The position numbers and the translations under genes were made by a program. A DNA stretch of 64,000 nt from an uncultured delta proteobacterium (GTDB taxonomy: Bacteria > Myxococcota > Kuafuiibacteriia > Kuafuiibacteriales > Kuafuiibacteriaceae), in NCBI GenBank assembly GCA_963803435.1, contig CAWDML010000008.1:160001-224000 (forward strand), read 5' to 3'. The notes beneath the pieces are model-generated. The model saw nothing but the letters and a program-made list of their open reading frames with translations. It had not been told where the DNA came from and searched no databases. Shown here in pieces: positions 57,163 through 64,000 of this stretch; within the stretch, counting starts at the first letter, position 1, and each line of letters begins with the position of its first letter.

Positions 57163-58797
57163 TTGAGCCTGCTGAAGCCGATCCCACCCCCTTACGATCC
57201 GATCGAGTGGGCCAAGCGCCCGTTCCCGGAGAAGAGCCGGATGGTCTGTCAGGCCTGGGCACTGCAGGGCTACGGCGCGCCGCCCGGCGTCCTGCTGGTC
57301 TATGCCCTGAAGGTCGGCCTCTACGTCGCCGCCTGGTGTTACTTCTGCTCGTTCACGCCCGGGCTGGGACGCTTGTCTTCCCTCGACGCCTGGTGGCTCA
57401 CGCCGGTGGCGTTCCAGAAGGCGATCCTCTGGAGCATGCTGTTCGAAGTGCTCGGCTTCGGCTGTGGGAGCGGTCCGCTCACCGGCCGCTACTTCCCGCC
57501 CATGGGCGGCTTCCTCTACTTCCTCCGGCCCGGGACCACCAAGCTGCCGCTCTTCAGCGCCCTCGGCACCCGGCGCAGCTGGCTCGACGCCGGCTTGTAC
57601 CTGGCGCTGGCCCTGTTCCTCCTGCGCGCGCTGATCGCCCCCGACATCGACGCTGCGCGGGTGCTCCCCATACTGATCCTGCTCCCGCTGCTCGGTGTCC
57701 TCGATCGGACCATCTTCCTGGCCGCCCGCGCCGAGCACTACTTCTCGATGACCGTCTGCTTCGCCTTCGGACCCGCCTGGATCGCCGGGGCCAAGGCGGT
57801 GCAGCTGGCCCTGTGGTTCTGGGCAGGTGTGTCGAAGCTGAACCACCACTTCCCGGCGGTGGTGTGCGTCATGACCAGCAACAGCCCGTTCATGGCCTTC
57901 CCCTGGCTGCGGAAGCGCATGTACGTCGACTATCCCGACGACCTGCGGCCGTCCCGGCTGGCCGGAGCGATGGCGCAGGCCGGGAGCATGCTCGAGTTCA
58001 TCGTGCCGATCGCGCTCGGTCTGGGCACCGGCGGCACGCTCACGCTGATCGGCTTGGTCGCGATGCTGATGCTGCACTTCTACATCTCGAGCAACGTCCC
58101 GATGGGCGTTCCGATCGAGTGGAACGTGATGATGGTCTACGGTGCGTTCTTCCTCTTCTGGAAGAACGCCGCGGTGAGCGTCCTCGGCCTCGGCTCACCG
58201 CTCCTGGCCGCTTTCCTGGTGGTCGCCGTGGTCCTGGTCCCGCTGGTGGGCAACCTCTTCCCCTCGCTGGTCTCGTTCCTGCTCTCGATGCGCTACTACG
58301 CCGGCAACTGGGCCTACTCGGTGTGGCTGTTCGAGGGCGACTCCTACCGCAAGCTCGACGCGCACCTCACCAAGAGCTCGGGCTGGATCTACGACCAGCT
58401 CGCCAGGTTCTACGACTACTCGACGAGCGTCGGGCTCGTGGGCAAGGTCCTCGGCTTTCGCTCGATGCACCTGCACGGACGCGCGCTCCAGCGCTTGCTC
58501 CCCAAGGCCGTCGGCGCGCTCGATCGCTACGAATACGTCGACGGCGAGCTGGTCGCGGGGATGGTGCTGGGCTGGAACTTCGGCGACGGCCACCTCCACC
58601 GCGACGAGCTGCTCCGCGCCGTTCAGTCGCAGTGCAACTTCGAGGAGGGACAGCTCCGCTGCATCTTCGTAGAGTCGCAGCCGCTCTTCCGACCGCGGCT
58701 CCACTACCGGATCGCCGACGCGAAGTCGGGTGTTCTGGAGGAGGGTGACCTCGACGTGAACGAGCTTCGCACGATGCAGCCCTGGCCCGCGTCATGA
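57163..58797 (+). CDS. DUF3556-family transmembrane protein
   Basis: WALQGYG, FQKAILWSMLFEVLGFGCGSGPLTGR, SKLNHHF, MRYYAGNW, GWNFGDGHLH; TTG start. Confidence 0.8.
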   Translation: MSLLKPIPPPYDPIEWAKRPFPEKSRMVCQAWALQGYGAPPGVLLVYALKVGLYVAAWCYFCSFTPGLGRLSSLDAWWLTPVAFQKAILWSMLFEVLGFGCGSGPLTGRYFPPMGGFLYFLRPGTTKLPLFSALGTRRSWLDAGLYLALALFLLRALIAPDIDAARVLPILILLPLLGVLDRTIFLAARAEHYFSMTVCFAFGPAWIAGAKAVQLALWFWAGVSKLNHHFPAVVCVMTSNSPFMAFPWLRKRMYVDYPDDLRPSRLAGAMAQAGSMLEFIVPIALGLGTGGTLTLIGLVAMLMLHFYISSNVPMGVPIEWNVMMVYGAFFLFWKNAAVSVLGLGSPLLAAFLVVAVVLVPLVGNLFPSLVSFLLSMRYYAGNWAYSVWLFEGDSYRKLDAHLTKSSGWIYDQLARFYDYSTSVGLVGKVLGFRSMHLHGRALQRLLPKAVGALDRYEYVDGELVAGMVLGWNFGDGHLHRDELLRAVQSQCNFEEGQLRCIFVESQPLFRPRLHYRIADAKSGVLEEGDLDVNELRTMQPWPAS

Positions 58798-60236
58798 CGT
58801 ACGACGCGGTGGTGGTGGGGGCGGGACCGAACGGCCTGGCGGCCGCGGTGGAGCTGGCCCAGCACGGCGCCTCCGTGCTGGTCCTGGAGGCCGGCGACCA
58901 GCTGGGCGGCGGCACGCGGACCGCCGAGCTCACGCTGCCCGGGTTCCATCACGACGTCTGCTCGGCCGCCCACCCGATGGGAGTGCTCTCGCCGTTCTTT
59001 CGTACGCTGCCGCTGGAGGCGCACGGGCTGACCTGGATCCGTCCGCCCGCATCGGTGGCACACCCGCTCGACGGCGAGCCCGCGGTGATGCTGTGGCCCG
59101 CCGTCCGTGAGACCGCCGCCGGTCTTACGGAGGACGGCGCGGCCTACGAGCGCTTGCTCGCGCCGTTCCTCCGCGATCCGCACGGCCTCCTCGCGGATGC
59201 GCTCGGGCCGCTCAACCGGTGGCCCAAGCACCCGTGGTTGATGCTGCGGTTCGGCTTGAAGGCGATGCGATCGGCGGTCGGCCTCGCCAAGGGGACGTTC
59301 CGCCATCCGCGCGCCCGCGCGCTCCTCGCCGGCTGCGCGGCCCACGCCACCCAGCCGCTGGAGAGCGCGTTCACCGCGGCGATCGGGCTCATGTTCCTCA
59401 TCACCGGACACGTCGAGCCCTGGCCGGTGGCGGCCGGGGGCTCCCACGCGATCACGCGCGCGCTCGGCGGCTACCTCGAATCGCTCGGCGGCGAGGTGCG
59501 CACCCGGGCGCGCGTCCGTGCGCTCGGAGATCTGCCGGAGACGCGGGTGGTCCTCTTCGACACCAGCCCCGACCAGCTGTCGAGCATCGCCGGTCCGATC
59601 CTCCCCTCCCGCTATCTGGGACGGCTCGCCCGCTATCGCTACGGGCCGGGCGTGTTCAAGGTCGACTGGGCGCTCGACGGTCCGATCCCATGGACTGACC
59701 CGCAGGTCCTCCGCGCCTCCACGGTGCACCTGGGCGGGACGCTCGAGGAGCTGGCAGCCGGCGAGTCGGCGATGTGGAGGGGCGAGCACTTCGAGCGGCC
59801 GTTCGTGCTGCTGGTCCAGCAGAGTATGTTCGATCCGAGCCGCGCGCCGCCGGGCAAGCACACCGGCTACGCCTACTGCCACGTGCCGTCCGGCTCGACG
59901 GAGGATCTCACCGACATCGTGGAGGGTCAGGTCGAGCGCTTCGCGCCCGGGTTCAAGGATCGCATTCTCGCCCGTCACGTCATGCGTGCAGGAGACTTCG
60001 AGCGCTACAACCCGAACTCGCTGGGAGGCGCGATCAGCGGCGGCGTCTCCGACGCGTTCCAGCTGTTCACGCGTCCGGTGGCCAGGCTCGATCCCTACTC
60101 GACCCCCAACCCGCGCGTGTTCATCTGCTCGTCCTCGACGCCGCCGGGCGCCGGTGTGCACGGCATGTGCGGCTACTACGCGGCGCGCTCGGCGCTCCGT
60201 CGGATCGCCCGACTCCCCGCGGCCCGGCTCGGTTGA
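58794..60236 (+). CDS. Phytoene dehydrogenase-like NAD(P)/FAD oxidoreductase
   Basis: YDAVVVGAGPNGLAAA, GGGTRTAE, HDVCSAAHP, TPPGAGVHGMCGY; ATGA overlap with the upstream gene. Confidence 0.9.
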   Translation: MTYDAVVVGAGPNGLAAAVELAQHGASVLVLEAGDQLGGGTRTAELTLPGFHHDVCSAAHPMGVLSPFFRTLPLEAHGLTWIRPPASVAHPLDGEPAVMLWPAVRETAAGLTEDGAAYERLLAPFLRDPHGLLADALGPLNRWPKHPWLMLRFGLKAMRSAVGLAKGTFRHPRARALLAGCAAHATQPLESAFTAAIGLMFLITGHVEPWPVAAGGSHAITRALGGYLESLGGEVRTRARVRALGDLPETRVVLFDTSPDQLSSIAGPILPSRYLGRLARYRYGPGVFKVDWALDGPIPWTDPQVLRASTVHLGGTLEELAAGESAMWRGEHFERPFVLLVQQSMFDPSRAPPGKHTGYAYCHVPSGSTEDLTDIVEGQVERFAPGFKDRILARHVMRAGDFERYNPNSLGGAISGGVSDAFQLFTRPVARLDPYSTPNPRVFICSSSTPPGAGVHGMCGYYAARSALRRIARLPAARLG

Positions 60237-60408
60237 CCGGGGCTCGACGAGATCGTGGGCCAGGCGATGATCCGCGTCGTTACCCGAGGCGCGCCCGCCG
60301 TGCTCGAGGCCAGGGACCTCAACGCGCTGGGCGCCTGAGTGGGGCAGAAGCCCTCGGACCGCCGGGGCTCCCCCGCTTGACGGATGGGCGGGCCCCGACC
60401 GGCCTCTT

Positions 60409-62070
60409 ATGACGCAGGGCGTGAGTTCGTTCGAGCTTTCCCCGAGATCCGTCTCGCTCCTGGGGGCGGCTGCGCTCTGGTGGATGCCGGCCGCTGCGTG
60501 GGCCCAGGCCGACTTCGCGGTCACGTACGCGTCCGAGCCGCCCGCTGTCCTGGCGGTCGGCGACTTCGTGTCCGTCAGCTACGACGTGGAGAACGTGGGC
60601 ACGAGCGCCGCCTCGTTCACCGTCGGGTTCGTGATCGACGACGGCACGCAAGCCTACCTGCTCTACGAGGATCCGATCTCGCTTTCGGCCGGCGGCTACA
60701 CCTCCGGGACCATGTCGTTCAGCGTACCGAGCGGCGCCGAAGGTGTCTGGTACGCCGGCCTGGTCGCCGATCCCTACGACATGTTCGTGGAGCCCGACGA
60801 GGACAACAACGTCTGGGTGTTCACGAATCAGCTCACGATCGGCGGCGGTACCACCGGCGGATCGATCACCGTGACCAGCGAGCCGCTCCCCGCGGCGCAG
60901 GTGGGCGCGAGCTACACCGCGACGCTCCACCAGGTCGGCGGGACCGCGCCCTCCTGGTACGTCTCCTCCGGCACGCTCCCGCCCGGCCTCACGCTGTCGT
61001 CCGGCGGGCAGATCAGCGGCGCGCCGACCTCGGCCGGCGCCTATAGCTTCACCGTCAACGCCGAGCAGTCCGGCTTCACCGGCGGCTCCGGCACGTTCGT
61101 CATCAACGTCTCGCAAGGCGCGAGCACCATCAGCGTCACGCCCGCAGAGCTTCCGGAGGCGAAGGTCGGCATGCCGTATCACGCCGTGCTGCAGGCCAGC
61201 GGCGGGACGCCGCCCTACGGCTACCAGGTGATCGGCGGTCCGTCGTGGTTGATCACCACCGGAGCCGGCACTGAAGCCGGAACCCTCTCCGGAACGCCGG
61301 ACGCCACCGGGCACTTCGCGCTCACCGTCTACGTGGTGGACTCGGCGGGAGGCGACGCCACCGTGATGACCTCGCTCGACGTGGTCGAGGCCGGACCGCT
61401 CACCGTGGTGGGGATGATCCCGGCTGCCGTCACGAGCAAGCCGTACCAGGCGGACGTGGTCACGGGCGGTGCTCAGCCGTACACGCTCGAGGTCACGGGC
61501 GGCAGCGTCCCCTCGGGGCTCACGCTGGACGGCGCCACCGGCCACCTCTCCGGAGTCCCCGCCGAGGCCGGCAGCTTCTCGTTCGAGGTCTCGGTGGTCG
61601 ATACCGCGGGTGCCTCCGCGTCGGGTCGAGTCGACGTGACGGTCGGAGACTTCCAGGGGCTCTCGATCTCGTCGAAGATGATCACGGTGTTCGTGAACGC
61701 CGACGTCGACGCACCGCTCGTCGCTGTGGGTGGCGTCGCCCCGTACAGCTGGCAGCTGCTCGGCGGCGCGCTCCCCGACGGCCTGGCCTTCGACGCCGCC
61801 GCCGGCAAGCTCACCGGAAAGACCGGCAAGGTGGCGATGACGAGCGCGACCTTCGTGGTGACGGACGCCGAGGGATCGATGGCCGAGCAGGAGGTGCAGA
61901 TCAGCGTCCGCGTGTACCGCGCGCCCTCCACCGGCGGTGGCTCGCGCCGCGGCGGCTGCACCTGCGCCGGCCTCCCGGCTCGCGGGTCCTCGCTCCTCCT
62001 GCTGCCGCTCCTCGGGTGGCTTTTGCTCCGCTCACGTCCACGGACTGGCTGGGGCTCGCTCAGGTGCTAG
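60409..62070 (+). CDS. Surface protein with CARDB-like domain, putative Ig (He_PIG) repeats and MYXO-CTERM sorting signal
   Basis: Signal peptide; 'VEPDEDNN'; repeats 'GTLPPGLTLSS.G.ISGAP'; C-terminal GGCTC + hydrophobic stretch + Arg cluster. Confidence 0.88.
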   Translation: MTQGVSSFELSPRSVSLLGAAALWWMPAAAWAQADFAVTYASEPPAVLAVGDFVSVSYDVENVGTSAASFTVGFVIDDGTQAYLLYEDPISLSAGGYTSGTMSFSVPSGAEGVWYAGLVADPYDMFVEPDEDNNVWVFTNQLTIGGGTTGGSITVTSEPLPAAQVGASYTATLHQVGGTAPSWYVSSGTLPPGLTLSSGGQISGAPTSAGAYSFTVNAEQSGFTGGSGTFVINVSQGASTISVTPAELPEAKVGMPYHAVLQASGGTPPYGYQVIGGPSWLITTGAGTEAGTLSGTPDATGHFALTVYVVDSAGGDATVMTSLDVVEAGPLTVVGMIPAAVTSKPYQADVVTGGAQPYTLEVTGGSVPSGLTLDGATGHLSGVPAEAGSFSFEVSVVDTAGASASGRVDVTVGDFQGLSISSKMITVFVNADVDAPLVAVGGVAPYSWQLLGGALPDGLAFDAAAGKLTGKTGKVAMTSATFVVTDAEGSMAEQEVQISVRVYRAPSTGGGSRRGGCTCAGLPARGSSLLLLPLLGWLLLRSRPRTGWGSLRC

Positions 62071-62109
62071 CCGACAGCAGGATCAGACCGCAAGCCACTT
62101 GTGAGCTCG

Positions 62110-62656
62110 CAGTCGAGTGAAGTCCACTTCCAGACGCTCGACGGCGTCGTCCTACGGGGCTCCCGCGGCCCACGACGGCCGGAGCACGTCTGCCTGGATA
62201 AAGGCTACGACTACGCGGATGTCGAGGCCGCCATTCGAGCGCGCCGGATCAACCCGCATATCCGCCGCCGCGGCGAGCCTGTACTCGCTGGCTGTGTCCG
62301 CGGTAGGCCGCGGCGCTGGGTTTCAGCGAATCTCCGCTCCCTGCATCAGCTCCGGATCGGCAAGACGCAACCATCCTTGCGAGCGACCGCCATCTTGTGG
62401 ATGAAGTCGGCAAGGCTCTCGCCGCCACGCGCTTCCTCGTCATTCGCACCACCTCCGGATGAACACCGGATCAGCTGTCGGACAACGTGCTTGCCGGCAA
62501 AGTCGTTTGGGAACTCGCGGCAAAGCCGAAGTACACGCTTCGCAAACTTGAGCAGTCGTTCTGCGATGTCATCGCCCTTCATCGCCGGATCGAACAGCGA
62601 ATGACAGAACGACGAAACAGCAAACTGCGAACGGAACGGTTTCTGAACCGGCTCTA
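62110..62656 (+). mobile_element. IS5-family remnant (transposase fragment plus probable right end) enclosing a four-helix-bundle gene
   Basis: RRPEHVCLDKGYD...INPHIRRRG...RRWV is IS5-like; tttctgaaccggctct at 62640-62655 resembles an IS5 right end; left end not found. Confidence 0.65.
62346..62582 (-). pseudogene. Four-helix-bundle protein, 3'-truncated
   Basis: DIAERLLKFAKRVLRL...RQLIRCSS..GAN(D)EEA..GES.ADFIHK..VARK; similarity stops abruptly after this point. Confidence 0.8.
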
Positions 62657-63775
62657 AATCCAGAACACCATCCGCTCGGTGATGGCGGCGGGCGGGTCGC
62701 CGATCCCGCCCTGCTCGGCCCAGCCGCGGAGCGCCTCGATGTGTACGTGGAGCGTGTCGGCGGGCGTGGACGTGAACTCGTGGCCGCCGTAGTGGCGGAG
62801 GGCTCGGCCCTGGATCGCCATGATCTCGACGTCCTGCTGGATGACCTTGCGAGTGTACCAGGGCAGCACGAGGGCGGCGAGCGGGTTGAATCGGCCGAGC
62901 TTGTAGCTGATCAGCGTGTAGACGGTGGTGGTGGTCGTGTCGATCGGCGTGCAGGTGCTCGTGATGATGAAGGCGCGGCGCTCGTCTCCGAACGTGTAGT
63001 CCACGCGGGTCGTGCTCGGCATGTAGAACTTGTCGGTGTGCACCATCGGCAGGCGCTCGGGGTTCAGGAGCAAGTGCGTGGCGCCGATGGAGTCTCCGGG
63101 CTGATCGTAGGTGACCAGCACGCTCGAGTGGGTGCGCTCCACCCGCGTTTCGATTCGTCTCCGCGCGCGAGAGCGGAACCATCCCCGATGGACGAAGACG
63201 GTGTGCGGGACATCCATGAAGTTTTCGACCAGGTTGGTGACGTTGTTCTCGAAGCGGGTCGTCATGTAGTACGCGCCCCAGCCGGGCGTGTTCCATCGCG
63301 GCATCGAGAACGGCTCGACCCCGGCCTGGGGCGCACCATCGAGCCCCATCCAGACCCAGATCAATCCGTCCTGCTCCTTGACCGGGAAGGTGGTGAGCCG
63401 GCGCTCCGTTCGCGGCGCGGCGCCATTTTCGCCCTCCGAGGGGACGCTGATGCAGCGCCCGGCCTGATCGTACGTCCAGCCGTGATAGGGGCAGCCGATG
63501 CATCCGTCGAAGAGGTCGCCTTCGGAGAGGAGGGCGTTCCGGTGCAGGCAGCGGTCGACCATCGCGATCGCCTTTCCTTCGGGCGCGCGCCACAGCACCA
63601 GCATCTCGCCCATCACGACCCGGCCGATCGGCTTCTTCGAGGTGAGCTCGTCGCTCCTGGCGGCCGCGTACCAGTACTCGGTGAGGAGGCCGGACCCAAC
63701 GCGTAGATCGGAGACCATCGACGTCTGGACGTGTCGCCTCGGTCGCGGCGCGTGTCCAGCGTCGAGCGCGCTCAA
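62654..63775 (-). CDS. Rieske non-heme iron oxygenase alpha subunit (VanA/PobA-like)
   Basis: DRCLHR...CPYHGW Rieske motif; ENFMDVPHTVFVH mononuclear Fe site; QD near the C-terminus. Confidence 0.92.
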   Translation of the reverse strand: MSALDAGHAPRPRRHVQTSMVSDLRVGSGLLTEYWYAAARSDELTSKKPIGRVVMGEMLVLWRAPEGKAIAMVDRCLHRNALLSEGDLFDGCIGCPYHGWTYDQAGRCISVPSEGENGAAPRTERRLTTFPVKEQDGLIWVWMGLDGAPQAGVEPFSMPRWNTPGWGAYYMTTRFENNVTNLVENFMDVPHTVFVHRGWFRSRARRRIETRVERTHSSVLVTYDQPGDSIGATHLLLNPERLPMVHTDKFYMPSTTRVDYTFGDERRAFIITSTCTPIDTTTTTVYTLISYKLGRFNPLAALVLPWYTRKVIQQDVEIMAIQGRALRHYGGHEFTSTPADTLHVHIEALRGWAEQGGIGDPPAAITERMVFWI

Positions 63776-64000
63776 CGTCGGGCGATGGCCTCCGGCTGGG
63801 ACACCACGAAGCGGACGACCGCCTGCTGGTCGATCCGCGCGGCGAGGCCGCCTTGATCCGTGATCACGGCGCGGATCTCGGTCGGCCCCACGGCGCCCGT
63901 GGTGATCTGGCTGCTGCCAGACACCTGGATGTGGTAGCCCCGCGCGTAGGTGAAGAGCTTGTAATCGTTCGGCTGGTACTGCGCCACCACGCTCAGAGCG
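63772..64000 (-). CDS. 3' end of a gene entering from the right edge
   Basis: Open coding-like frame ending in a 4-bp overlap with the Rieske gene start. Confidence 0.55.
   Translation of the reverse strand, partial: ALSVVAQYQPNDYKLFTYARGYHIQVSGSSQITTGAVGPTEIRAVITDQGGLAARIDQQAVVRFVVSQPEAIARR

Noticed and set aside
60237-60340. Tiny ORF MIRVVTRGAPAVLEARDLNALGA
   Set aside because: Too short, no clear RBS or motif; cannot be supported.
51544-62656. Diversity-generating retroelement suggested by the Avd-like four-helix-bundle genes
   Set aside because: No reverse transcriptase and no TR/VR repeat pair are visible in the window.
75-63706. Many long overlapping ORFs (e.g. 75..1271+, 2930..5350+, 4756..7401-, 10409..12283+, 44405..46423-, 45448..47835+, 53853..55475+)
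   Set aside because: Antisense or off-frame shadows of real genes, expected at high GC; Arg/Ala/Pro-rich with no motifs.

Overview
High-GC, gene-dense chromosomal segment typical of a myxobacterium (Myxococcota). Evidence: several eukaryotic-like Ser/Thr kinases, an FHA-sigma54 activator, Cys-rich lipoproteins and a MYXO-CTERM protein. Housekeeping genes include gshA-like, lepB, rnr, mdh and an acyl-CoA ligase. No rRNA, tRNA or CRISPR array was seen. Most notable: (1) an isocitrate dehydrogenase homolog that has lost most catalytic and metal ligands (S113D, Y160F, D283N, D307H, D311S in E. coli numbering), upstream of mdh and an NTT-HEAT transporter; (2) two decayed IS-bounded elements (IS1182-like with ~70-bp CTAG-ended inverted repeats; IS5-like), each carrying a four-helix-bundle gene flanked by short repeats; (3) a consensus sigma54 promoter with a palindromic operator in front of three small orphan genes, one a glycine-zipper peptide; (4) an RnfD/UnbU-like membrane domain fused to an ASPIC/UnbV domain outside any enediyne cluster; (5) a 3 x 51-bp in-frame insertion in a large orphan gene. 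Several isolated frameshifts suggest assembly indel errors. All family assignments come from recognising motifs by eye, not from database searches.
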